The translations under genes were made by a program, and so were the position numbers. From contig OY759746.1 of the NCBI GenBank assembly GCA_963662795.1, forward strand, positions 768,001-832,000: a DNA stretch of 64,000 bases, read 5' to 3'. The stretch's first letter is position 1. Each line of letters starts with the position of its first letter. The DNA comes from Spirochaetia bacterium (lineage in GTDB: Bacteria > Spirochaetota > Spirochaetia > CADAEX01). The notes beneath the pieces are model-generated. The model saw nothing but the letters and a program-made list of their open reading frames with translations, was not told where the DNA came from and did not search any database. Below, piece after piece: positions 28,380-37,526 of the stretch.

Positions 28380-29372
28380 TTACTCTGAAGTTAAAATCCT
28401 GAAAAGTTTTTCAGGCGTATCAGCAATAAAATCAGCGCCGGCCGCCCTCAGCCTCATCTCTGACCCCTTTGCGCCGCCTGAGGAGTCTCCGGTGACCCCT
28501 GGAGCCGAATAAGTGACACCCACGGCTGTAAATGGAAAAGAGGCTTTTTTAGCGGCAATCATGTCATCAGGCATGTCTCCAACATAGTAAAAACTGTCAA
28601 CAGAGCTGTCATCCGCCGTAATCTGCCTTGCAGCAGCATCAAGCATGAACGGCTCAGGTTTACTGAATGAAACCCTCCTGCCGCTTTTTTTCATCTCTTC
28701 AGCTTCAGCGGCAAGGCAATCATCCAGGGTTATAATTTTACTGAAAATATTTATGTTGTGCTTCCCGACCGGATACACAGCCTCAGCTGCAGGCCTGCCT
28801 GTCGCAATTGCAAGAATACTCCTTTCAGCAAGCTCAGAGAGCTTATTCCTTTCAACCAGCAGTTTTTCCCTCAGGATGAACCCATCTTCTTTATAATGCA
28901 TGGAAGAAAAGCCGTATGTTGATTTAAAGAGAACAGGGCCCAGATACACTTCCTGAAATATCTGTTTTATGATGTTGCCTGATCCGACATCACCTTTATA
29001 ATAAAAATCTGCAGCGTCTGAACGAAAGGACGGTACATCCCCAAGAAGTTTTTCAAGAGGGTGTGCCTCTGTCTCCAGAAAGGAAACAAGCGGTGAAATA
29101 TCCCAGCGCTCCCTGTCAAAATCATTTCCAGCTGACGGCACCTTTGACATAAGCAGGGTAAGTACACGGTGGGTCAGGTCCCAGTCGTTATTTAGTCCTC
29201 CGCTCTGTTTTACAACTGCAAGATCTGTAAGATCAAACAGGGGGTGTTTCAGTTTCTCAGCCCCATGGCAGGGGCTGAGAAATATTGAAGCAGTTTCACG
29301 CACTGTATCCCTGTAGGAATTTGATACATCAATAAGTACTCCGTCCATATCAAACACAATCAGTTTTTTCAT
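28380..29372 (-). CDS. HAD-superfamily hydrolase (subfamily IA)
   Basis: FDMDGVLIDV..SY, GG.NNDWD, ATGRP, KPEP and YVGD.PDD motifs. Confidence 0.85.
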   Translation of the reverse strand: MKKLIVFDMDGVLIDVSNSYRDTVRETASIFLSPCHGAEKLKHPLFDLTDLAVVKQSGGLNNDWDLTHRVLTLLMSKVPSAGNDFDRERWDISPLVSFLETEAHPLEKLLGDVPSFRSDAADFYYKGDVGSGNIIKQIFQEVYLGPVLFKSTYGFSSMHYKEDGFILREKLLVERNKLSELAERSILAIATGRPAAEAVYPVGKHNINIFSKIITLDDCLAAEAEEMKKSGRRVSFSKPEPFMLDAAARQITADDSSVDSFYYVGDMPDDMIAAKKASFPFTAVGVTYSAPGVTGDSSGGAKGSEMRLRAAGADFIADTPEKLFRILTSE

Positions 29373-30061
29373 CTTATCAGCCTGCTGTTATTCAATAATT
29401 CCGGAAGCTCCGGAACTGATTTTATGTAGTTATATTTTTTACCGGTAAATCTTTTCCTCATCTTCCCGTCCGGGTCAATTAATACAGGAAAAGAGCACCA
29501 GTCGAGGAGCGGCAAATCTGTATATCCGTCACCGATAACTATTGTTTTAACAGGATCATATCCGAGAGCATTTGCGTGGGTAATTTTATCCTCACCCTTT
29601 CTTACATGATAGTCCATCCCTGAAATTCTGTTTCCCCTGTAGGTAAAATAATTTGATACAATTTTTGAAAAAAACCCGTCCGCTTTTCTCTTTTCAAGCG
29701 GCGGGTGGCATAAATCCCAGGTGCCGCAGCTGATTATGGACATCGGGAATCCTTTTTTATAAAGATCCGAGAATACATCTATATGGCTGTCAGGTATCTG
29801 AGAGGCAATTGAGGTGGTAACTTTTTCAATAACGAATTTTTCAGTATCCTTTACGATCCAGTTGAAATATTTTTTGAAGGAATGCCCAAGCAGCTGTTTT
29901 TGATCAGCATAAATAGCTGCCCTGCTGATAACTCTCTTTAAAAAAGGAAGTGAGTCTTTTTCAATGTTAATCAGATAATCAAGAAAAAACTGTTCGCTGT
30001 CATACGGCATAAAAGGTAAGATTGTACCGTCGTAATCCCATATTATATTCCATTTATTCAA
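29369..30061 (-). CDS. HAD-superfamily hydrolase (IB / phosphoserine-phosphatase-like)
   Basis: WDYDGT, ISCG, K and GDGYTDLPLL motifs. Confidence 0.8.
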   Translation of the reverse strand: MNKWNIIWDYDGTILPFMPYDSEQFFLDYLINIEKDSLPFLKRVISRAAIYADQKQLLGHSFKKYFNWIVKDTEKFVIEKVTTSIASQIPDSHIDVFSDLYKKGFPMSIISCGTWDLCHPPLEKRKADGFFSKIVSNYFTYRGNRISGMDYHVRKGEDKITHANALGYDPVKTIVIGDGYTDLPLLDWCSFPVLIDPDGKMRKRFTGKKYNYIKSVPELPELLNNSRLIR

Positions 30062-31296
30062 TTATTTTTTTTCAACCTGTCCATCATTATGTTGTATATA
30101 TCATCAGTTTCAAGCCTGACAGGCGAGTTTTTTCCATCTGATGCGGCGGCTGTTTTTCTTGTCAGCTTCTCGTCAAATCCGTATTTCTCAAGATACGGCA
30201 TGCTGAATTTCAATGTCCATTCACCCAGGCGCTCAATAAGCGCATCACAGGCTTCCTTTACAGATTTATATTCCCTTCCTGTAAGCAGAACTGAAGCTGA
30301 TGCGTATTTCTGCAGGGCATTTCCGGACAGCGATATCTCAAACAGCCTGTTAATTATATATTTTGTCGCAGGCAATAGCAATGTGCCGCAAACTGTGCCA
30401 TGAGGAATAGCTGAAAACCCGCCGGCAGGGGATGCTATTCCATGCACAACTCCAAGACCTGCAGCAGTAAGGGTAATACCTGAAACATAGGCAGCCCAGG
30501 CCATTGCAGTCCTTCCGTCAATATCACTTCCGTTAAATACTGCCTTTTCAATGTTCATCCCTGCAGCTTTAAGGGCGGCAGATGCAAGCGAATCTGTATA
30601 TACAGAAGCTTTTGTTGAGACATAAGATTCAAGAAGCTGGGTCACAGCGTCCATACCGGAGTAAGCTGTAATATCAGGCGGGCAGGAAATCATAAGCTCA
30701 GGGTCAATTACAGCATAATCAGGCACCATGGATTCATGTCTTAACGATTTTTTAAATCCTGTCTCCCCCACGCTGCTGATAACAGAGTTTTTTGTCGCCT
30801 CTGAGCCCGTACCTGAAGTTGTAGGTACTGCAATAAATGGCAGTTTGGGGCCCTTCAGGTGCAGGGTACCTACCCCTTCAAGGTAATCCCGGACACTTCC
30901 GCTGTGTAAAGCCATAACAGATGCCGCCTTACCTGCGTCAATTACACTCCCACCCCCTATTGCAGCGATGAAAGAGACATTGCTGCTTTTCATCTCCTCC
31001 ACTGCATCATCAACCATCGAAGGAGCCGGTTCTCCGGGTATGGCAAAAAAAACAACTTTTCTGCCGCTTCCGGCAAGCATTCTGTATATTTTATCGCGGA
31101 ATCCTGTTTTTTGAAGAAAGGAAGAGCCTGTAAAGACAGCAGCTGGTCCATTACTCAGCGATGAGACTATTTTTTCAAGAGAAGAGATACTTCCCCTGCC
31201 GAAAAAAAGATGCGGTGTGCGGGAAGCCTGAAAATTATCATCGAATTTCACTTCTGCATTACCAGATGCAGCGTATCTTTTGTTATTATCGCGCAT
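30058..31296 (-). CDS. Iron-containing alcohol dehydrogenase
   Basis: GGGSVIDAGK, PTTSGTGSE, DA.TQ.LESY and GVVHG...HG motifs. Confidence 0.92.
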   Translation of the reverse strand: MRDNNKRYAASGNAEVKFDDNFQASRTPHLFFGRGSISSLEKIVSSLSNGPAAVFTGSSFLQKTGFRDKIYRMLAGSGRKVVFFAIPGEPAPSMVDDAVEEMKSSNVSFIAAIGGGSVIDAGKAASVMALHSGSVRDYLEGVGTLHLKGPKLPFIAVPTTSGTGSEATKNSVISSVGETGFKKSLRHESMVPDYAVIDPELMISCPPDITAYSGMDAVTQLLESYVSTKASVYTDSLASAALKAAGMNIEKAVFNGSDIDGRTAMAWAAYVSGITLTAAGLGVVHGIASPAGGFSAIPHGTVCGTLLLPATKYIINRLFEISLSGNALQKYASASVLLTGREYKSVKEACDALIERLGEWTLKFSMPYLEKYGFDEKLTRKTAAASDGKNSPVRLETDDIYNIMMDRLKKNN

Positions 31297-31325
31297 AACA
31301 GTATGATCCCCTGTCAGACAGCCTC

Positions 31326-31904
31326 TTAAAGATTGCCTTTAAGGCCTATTTCCTGTGCTGCTTTCCTCATCCCTTCAATTGTCTGTGTAATAATCTCCTG
31401 CAGTTCCATTCCAAGCATCTGCGCCCCGTTTTCAATTACAGACCGGTCAACACCGGCTGCGAATCTTTTGTCTTTCCATTTTTTCATTACAGATTTTGCT
31501 GCAGTATCAAGAACGCTTTTAGAGGGTCTTACCATTGCGGTAGTCGCTACAAGCCCGGTCAGTTCGTCTATGGTATATAATATTTTCTCCATTCTGCTTT
31601 CAGGTTTTACATCTGAACAGATTCCCCAGCCGTGGCTTACAACAGCCCTTATATAATCCTCCGGCCACAGCTCTTCTTCAAGTATTTCTTTTGTTTTAGT
31701 GCAGTGCTGGTCAGGATATTTTTCATAATCAAGATCATGGATAAGCCCGATAATCCCCCATTTCTCCACATCTTCGTTTTCAAGTGCGGCAAAATGTCTC
31801 ATCACAGATTCAACAGCAAAAGCGTGTTTTATAAGACTGTCGCTTTGATTATATTTTTTAAGCAGATTCAAAGCTGCTTCCCTGTCTGGTATATTCCGGT
31901 TCAT
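31326..31904 (-). CDS. HD-domain protein (HDIG-type hydrolase)
   Basis: H...VE, GLIHDLDYE, DELTGL and KKWKDK.FAAGV motifs; ATG 31904 follows GGAGG. Confidence 0.85.
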   Translation of the reverse strand: MNRNIPDREAALNLLKKYNQSDSLIKHAFAVESVMRHFAALENEDVEKWGIIGLIHDLDYEKYPDQHCTKTKEILEEELWPEDYIRAVVSHGWGICSDVKPESRMEKILYTIDELTGLVATTAMVRPSKSVLDTAAKSVMKKWKDKRFAAGVDRSVIENGAQMLGMELQEIITQTIEGMRKAAQEIGLKGNL

Positions 31905-31915
31905 CTTTCCTCCCG

Positions 31916-32203
31916 TTACTTTGTAAATAATTTTATAAATATTTTTAAAAATCCGCCTTTTCGGAAAAAAACAACATACCCGCAATCATCAGGCAGATAG
32001 CTGCTGAAAAGCGCATGAAAAATTGTCATTTTCCTGCATTCGCGGCAAAGCTTAAACCTTTTCTCATAAACAAGACACTGGTTCGATTCAATATCCAGAT
32101 ACTGGCACGGGCAGTTTTTATCTATAATGCAGTTACCATCGATCACTTTTTTTTTCAGGCAGCAGATGCCGCATTTATTGCAGAGATTCTCCCACCACTT
32201 CAT
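31916..32203 (-). CDS. YcgN/UPF0260-like cysteine cluster protein
   Basis: WE.LC.KCG.CC..K, C.YLD...C.VY..R...C and LP..CGY motifs. Confidence 0.8.
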   Translation of the reverse strand: MKWWENLCNKCGICCLKKKVIDGNCIIDKNCPCQYLDIESNQCLVYEKRFKLCRECRKMTIFHALFSSYLPDDCGYVVFFRKGGFLKIFIKLFTK

Positions 32204-32215
32204 ATTTAATACCGG

Positions 32216-34264
32216 CTACTGGCCCGAGGCAAAATAGCCCATTTCATCCCGTCCGCTCTTTTTATTATAGACAGTTTCAAGTTTTACAGGTATATATTTC
32301 CGGCCGAACTCTTCAAAGCTTTTTGATCTGTATTCAAGCAGATAATAGCTGCTTGGTGAATCTTTTATGACATTTGCGATTTCGCCTATTCCATCCGGCT
32401 CATAAATGTAATAAGCGGATCCGCCGGTTTCTCTGCACAGATAATCAAGTTCTTCGTTAACGGCACCGGGTTCAAAATAGATATAATAAAAATTTATGTT
32501 ATTGTTCCTGAGGTACTGCATGATATCAACAAGCCTGTACTGATCAAATTTAAAAAGTGACGGTTTGCCTGAATAAAGAAACACAACAGCCTTTTTATCC
32601 ATACTTCTTACAATCTGTGAAGCGCCGAGCCTGATGCCGGCTCCGAGAGCAAATTCCGAAGAATAGGAAGTGCTTTGCAGAATGTTTTTTATTACATCTT
32701 CTCTCTCTGTTTTCTCATCAGCAATCATTTCAGCATTCCGGCCGGCGGATATAAGCCTTATCCTGTCGGTGGTTTTAAATGAACCGTAAAGCTCGTTTAT
32801 GGTTTTCCTTAAGACATCCTTCTTTTCTGTCATATATACTGATTCTTCAAAAACAACAGAGATATCTGCTGTTTTTGACTGATTTCCCTGAAAAACAAGG
32901 GACAAGTCATCAGGATATTTCCCGTCCTCTGATATTCTGAAGTTGCCTTTTTCAAGGCCAAGGACAGGCTGGCCGTTTCTTTTTTCTATGCTCGCAAGCA
33001 GTCTTACATTGGGAAATTTAGCTTCATCAATACTGTCTATCCTTACAAACAATCCTTCATAAACAGACTCAATATCAGAGAGAAACATGATGCTGTTATT
33101 GTTGAAATCAGAAGCCATAAGGTCGTTATTTGCATTATATCTTGCAAAAGCCAGACGCCCCTGCCTGCCTGCCTCGAATATTACTTCAGCATGTTCAAGC
33201 TCCAGATTAAAAACAACTATACGGTCAGTATCCGCTACAAGCAGGGAATTGCCGCCGCCCGCAGATATCCCTTCCGGGCCGTGAAAAATTCCCCGCCCTA
33301 CAGTCTTTATAAAATTACCGCTGTGATCAAATATATCAATGGATTTTCTGTCAAGATCAGCTACGCAGACCATATCATCAATAACAGCTACTCCGGTAGG
33401 CCCTTTAAGACCTGAATATCTGCCTGATGATTTTCCAAAACTTAGTATGAACTGGCCGTCATAATCAAATTTTGAAACCCTTTTATTCCCCCAGTCAGAA
33501 ACATAGATATAGCCGTTTCCGCTGTCTGCAAGGTACTGCGGTCCCAAAAGCTCTCCGCTCCCGCTTCCCCTTTTCCCGAATTTCTTTTCTATCCGTCCTC
33601 CAAGAGTAAGCTTTGTTATCTGGTTGCCTGAATATTCGCTGACAAAAAGTGACCCGTCTGTGGCGCTTATTACATCAAAAGGATTATTAATAATCCCAAG
33701 GCCCCCTTTTATCCTGCTAAGCAGTCTTCCATTGGCGTTAAAAACAACAAGTTCATTTGTGACAAAACTCGCAACAATAAAATCACCGCCGGGAAGAGGG
33801 AGCACTGCCCCGGGACGTCTGAAATACTGTCCGTCTTCCTCGGTGCCCCCTTTTATCTCTTTTTCAATTATCAGTTTTTTTGCGTTCTGAGGAATATCAT
33901 AGATCCTCCGCTTTGATGAAATTATTTCCATTTTATTATCAAGATTTGTGGATCTGTATCCCGAATCAATCAGGGCCTTCCAGACAGACATGGCTGTATC
34001 CTCAAGACCGGACATGTAATAAGCTCTTCCGAGCCATTCTCTCGAAAGATAGTCCTGGGGATTGTATGAAACCGCTTTTTCAAATGAGAATATTGCCTTG
34101 TTGTAATAACCTGTGTAAAAAGACTTTACCCCCCATTTGAATTCATCAAAACCCTGAGAAATATCCATAAAATTCTGGGGGGATGCTGTAAATACTGAGC
34201 AGAGAAATATTACAATAGAAATGCTTAATATATGAAATCGGCGTGATGATCTGGTTTTTTTCAC
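32216..34264 (-). CDS. Secreted TPR + NHL-repeat + vWA-like protein (possible homolog of the Borrelia BB0236 flagellar collar protein)
   Basis: Signal peptide; N-terminal TPRs; NHL repeats (G.L.GP, YVSDWGN.RV.KFD.DG.F...FG); C-terminal vWA-like region (L...TGG). Confidence 0.7.
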   Translation of the reverse strand: MKKTRSSRRFHILSISIVIFLCSVFTASPQNFMDISQGFDEFKWGVKSFYTGYYNKAIFSFEKAVSYNPQDYLSREWLGRAYYMSGLEDTAMSVWKALIDSGYRSTNLDNKMEIISSKRRIYDIPQNAKKLIIEKEIKGGTEEDGQYFRRPGAVLPLPGGDFIVASFVTNELVVFNANGRLLSRIKGGLGIINNPFDVISATDGSLFVSEYSGNQITKLTLGGRIEKKFGKRGSGSGELLGPQYLADSGNGYIYVSDWGNKRVSKFDYDGQFILSFGKSSGRYSGLKGPTGVAVIDDMVCVADLDRKSIDIFDHSGNFIKTVGRGIFHGPEGISAGGGNSLLVADTDRIVVFNLELEHAEVIFEAGRQGRLAFARYNANNDLMASDFNNNSIMFLSDIESVYEGLFVRIDSIDEAKFPNVRLLASIEKRNGQPVLGLEKGNFRISEDGKYPDDLSLVFQGNQSKTADISVVFEESVYMTEKKDVLRKTINELYGSFKTTDRIRLISAGRNAEMIADEKTEREDVIKNILQSTSYSSEFALGAGIRLGASQIVRSMDKKAVVFLYSGKPSLFKFDQYRLVDIMQYLRNNNINFYYIYFEPGAVNEELDYLCRETGGSAYYIYEPDGIGEIANVIKDSPSSYYLLEYRSKSFEEFGRKYIPVKLETVYNKKSGRDEMGYFASGQ

Positions 34265-34309
34265 AGAAACATTATGCAGTATGTAAGTTTTTTTGTCCAG
34301 AATTAATAC

Positions 34310-34480
34310 TTAAACCAGAAAATCAACTTCACTGTCATCTGTTACAGCGCTCAAATCTCCCTTTACTCCAAGAAACAGAAGTCCTTTCAGGTCTTTGTCA
34401 TCGATCAGGGAATCTTGTTCCGGAAGTTTCGGCATTTTGTGAGTCTGGCTGACAGGAATATCTTTTATACTTTCAACCAT
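34310..34480 (-). CDS. Small hypothetical protein (56 aa)
   Basis: AAGGAG RBS before ATG 34480; fits in the operon between two same-strand genes. Confidence 0.6.
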   Translation of the reverse strand: MVESIKDIPVSQTHKMPKLPEQDSLIDDKDLKGLLFLGVKGDLSAVTDDSEVDFLV

Positions 34481-34519
34481 AATCCTGCTCTCCTTATACA
34501 GCATTATCGGCTTTATCAA

Positions 34520-35191
34520 TTATTTTCTTGAATCCATCACCTGTTTCAGGTGTTTTGCAACAATTCTGTTCCCTTTGGATTTATCAAAGGCAATCCGCAG
34601 ATATTCAAGAGACTCATCTGTTTTACCGTTTTTATAAAGGGCCCAGCCCAGAGAATCAAGATACGGATAGTGCTCAGGAGATTTTTCTACAGCCCTGCGG
34701 CAGTATGCAACTGCTTTTTTGGGATCAATATTTTCATCAGCAAGAATATAACCGATTGAATTAAGAGTGGAAGCATGTTCAGGGTCAAGCTCAAGCGCTT
34801 TTTCATAGTATTCCATGGATTTTTCTGTATTATTCTGATGATAATGGATATATCCGTAAGAGCAGTATACCTGTACAGATTCATATCCGTCTTCAATAAG
34901 CCGCTTAAGTTCAAAATCAGCCATCCTGAACTGTTCCGTAATCGCGTAAATATAACACAGAACCATTCTGCACTGATAAATGTAAAGTACATTGGAATGG
35001 GAAGTTATAACCTGTTCAAGAAACAGAACAGCTTCGTCATATTGCTTCAGCTGGGTGTAACACAGTCCAAGATAGTATGACAGGTCAGCATTGTCCTCAA
35101 GATTGTGCTCCGATTTGAGAAGTTCCTTGAGTGCCTTGTCATATTTTTTTTCCCGGTAAAGCTTTACAGCTTTCTGGAAATTATTATCCAT
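34520..35191 (-). CDS. Tetratricopeptide repeat protein
   Basis: Repeated YYLGLCY, YEKALELDP, LNSIGY and YLDSLGW; ATG 35191 overlaps the surE stop. Confidence 0.88.
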   Translation of the reverse strand: MDNNFQKAVKLYREKKYDKALKELLKSEHNLEDNADLSYYLGLCYTQLKQYDEAVLFLEQVITSHSNVLYIYQCRMVLCYIYAITEQFRMADFELKRLIEDGYESVQVYCSYGYIHYHQNNTEKSMEYYEKALELDPEHASTLNSIGYILADENIDPKKAVAYCRRAVEKSPEHYPYLDSLGWALYKNGKTDESLEYLRIAFDKSKGNRIVAKHLKQVMDSRK

Positions 35192-35945
35192 GACTGTTCC
35201 TGCTAAAAATATTTTTATACAGATGCCCTGTATCAGTATCAATAAGCGGCTGCAACAAAACAGGCGATACTGATATCATGCCATTATCAACAGCATAACA
35301 GTCAGTTCCGAATTTGTCATCATGTGATATCTTTTTTATTTCAAGAGTTATGTCAATGGTGCCGTTTTCCTCAAAACCGCCGTGCCCGATATATTCTTCA
35401 TAAAACCGCCGTGCAGGGTTTGTTATCATAACCTCGTGATGGAGGACAGGTGTGCTTGGAACATTGATATTGATAAAATGATATTCATTCCAGTTTGAAT
35501 AAAATGTTTCAATATTATCAGCAACAAATGCGGCTGCTTTTTCAAAATAGAAGGGATTGATGTCTGATGTTACTGATACTGCCACCCCTGGTACGCCCAT
35601 AATTGCGGCCTGTCTTGCAGCTGCTGCGGTACCTGAATAAATTATATCTGTACCCAGATTTGGCCCCAGATTTATACCTGATACAACAATATCCGGGAAA
35701 AAACCATCAATTATTCCATGCAGGGTTCTGTGCACGCAATCAGCCGGAGTTCCGCTGCAGCTGTAGTGGGTATCGTCTATTTTTACTATTTTTACATTTC
35801 CGTGAAAGGTAAGTGAATTGGAAAATCCGCTTCTTTCTTCCGCCGGAGCGACAACAACTATTTCATGTTTTCCGGCAAGGCTTTCTTCAACAGCCTTAAG
35901 TCCCGGGCTGTTTATCCCGTCATCATTTGTAAGGAGAATTTTCAT
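35184..35945 (-). CDS. surE: 5'/3'-nucleotidase SurE
   Basis: ILLTNDDG, GTPADCV and SGIN.G.N.G...YSGT motifs. Confidence 0.95.
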   Translation of the reverse strand: MKILLTNDDGINSPGLKAVEESLAGKHEIVVVAPAEERSGFSNSLTFHGNVKIVKIDDTHYSCSGTPADCVHRTLHGIIDGFFPDIVVSGINLGPNLGTDIIYSGTAAAARQAAIMGVPGVAVSVTSDINPFYFEKAAAFVADNIETFYSNWNEYHFININVPSTPVLHHEVMITNPARRFYEEYIGHGGFEENGTIDITLEIKKISHDDKFGTDCYAVDNGMISVSPVLLQPLIDTDTGHLYKNIFSRNSHG

Positions 35946-35952
35946 ATTGCTT

Positions 35953-37107
35953 TCAGTCTAATGAATAAATAATCTTTGCGCCAGAGGAAACATTACAGTT
36001 AATCATATCAGCCTTAAATCCGAAGATTCTTTCGTATTCATCCAGTTTTTCCCGGTAGCGGTCAATTGCTGAATTTTTTATCAGTGTTATTGTACAGCCG
36101 CCGAATCCAGTCCCGGTTATTTTTGATCCGTAAATTCCTTCAATTTCCTGTGCCCTTTTTACAAGCCAGTCAATTTCAGGACAGGAGACTTCAAAATTAT
36201 CTCTGAGGCTTTCATGGGACCTGTTCATAAGCTTCCCAAGCGTAATCATATCGCCTCTTTTTATTGCAGTTCTGGATTCTTCTGTTCTTGTTATCTCATC
36301 AACAACATGCAGGCATCGTCTTCTTATATGTTCAGGGACGACTCCCATTCCATGACGCAGATCACTGTTATTATAATCCCGAAGAGCAGTCCCGAACTTG
36401 AATGAATTAAGCCCTTCTACACATTTACGTGTATCCCTGCGTCTTTCTTCCACCTCTTTATCGACCGGGATAAGAGGAACATTTGAAACCGTGAGAATCA
36501 GTGAAACATCTTTTCCGGGCACAGGCAGATATTCTACCGTACAGGAACGGAGATCCACATATAGAAGTTTATCATTCTGTCCGTAAAGTGCGGAATAAAC
36601 GCCGGAAGGGACTTTACTCGATCCCAGGAATTTATCCTCGCCGTTATATATAATTTTTACAAGTTCTTCGTTGGAAAGTTCAAGTTTGAATAAGCCGGAA
36701 AGGGCAATTGCAGTTGCTGTTTCAATCGAAGAAGAAGAAGAGAGTCCTATACCCTGGGGAATATTGCCGGACAATGTAACATCAAGCCCTTTAAAAACAT
36801 GACCTGAATTTTCCATGGAAAAAATAACGCTTTTTATATAGTTTGCCCAACGGTCTTCCCGTTTGTACTTGATATTTGCCGCAGATGTTCTTTTTCTTTC
36901 TGCAAAATCAACTGCATAAAAGCGGAGGGAATTGTCTTTTCGCCTTGAAATTGCAACAAAAACCTTTAAATCAAGTGCTGCCTGGATCATAAATCCGTCA
37001 TCAGAATCAACATGATTTCCCATAACAGTTACAGCCGCTGGAGCCTCAACTACAATTTCAGGGTCTGAAACATACTCATCCTGGTGAAGAGATATGATTT
37101 TTTCCAT
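35953..37107 (-). CDS. galK: Galactokinase-like GHMP protein with degenerate sugar-binding/catalytic motifs
   Basis: WANY, P.GIGLSSS, SH.SLR..FEVSCPE.D and TG.GFGGC are present; GRVNLIGEHTDY reads AAVTVMGNHVDS; no GIMDQ. Confidence 0.75.
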   Translation of the reverse strand: MEKIISLHQDEYVSDPEIVVEAPAAVTVMGNHVDSDDGFMIQAALDLKVFVAISRRKDNSLRFYAVDFAERKRTSAANIKYKREDRWANYIKSVIFSMENSGHVFKGLDVTLSGNIPQGIGLSSSSSIETATAIALSGLFKLELSNEELVKIIYNGEDKFLGSSKVPSGVYSALYGQNDKLLYVDLRSCTVEYLPVPGKDVSLILTVSNVPLIPVDKEVEERRRDTRKCVEGLNSFKFGTALRDYNNSDLRHGMGVVPEHIRRRCLHVVDEITRTEESRTAIKRGDMITLGKLMNRSHESLRDNFEVSCPEIDWLVKRAQEIEGIYGSKITGTGFGGCTITLIKNSAIDRYREKLDEYERIFGFKADMINCNVSSGAKIIYSLD

Positions 37108-37191
37108 TGGTTTCTATAATATATGAAAATTATTTAATGTGCAACAAAAAAAGTTTTAGAGAATATTGAGGTTTTTGAGTTTTAAGACTGG

Positions 37192-37227
37192 AAAAAAAAC
37201 ACGCCTCCTGTTAAGTCAGCGTGTTTT
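37192..37227 (-). terminator. Terminator after rpmE
   Basis: AAAACACGC...GCGTGTTTT with 8 T on the minus strand. Confidence 0.7.
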
Positions 37228-37299
37228 AGTGTAAAGCTTTTATACCTGAAAAAGGGTCTCCTTAACAAGTGCCTTTACATCGTGATTCTGAACCAGCAA

Positions 37300-37512
37300 T
37301 TATTTCTGGGGTTTTGCAACACCATATTTTCTGTTGAATCTTTCAACTCTTCCGGCTGTATCTACCAGTTTTTCCTTACCGGTAAAAAAGGGATGACAGC
37401 TTGAACAAATTTCAACCTGCAGATCCTTAACAGTAGATCTGGTTGTTATTACATTTCCGCATGCGCAGGTAATTGTTGTTTCAGCATATTCGGGATGAAT
37501 ATCTTTCTTCAT
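37300..37512 (-). CDS. rpmE: 50S ribosomal protein L31 (zinc-binding type)
   Basis: [22 protein letters not shown] and DTAGRVERF motifs. Confidence 0.97.
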   Translation of the reverse strand: MKKDIHPEYAETTITCACGNVITTRSTVKDLQVEICSSCHPFFTGKEKLVDTAGRVERFNRKYGVAKPQK

Positions 37513-37526
37513 TTTATATCCTCCAA

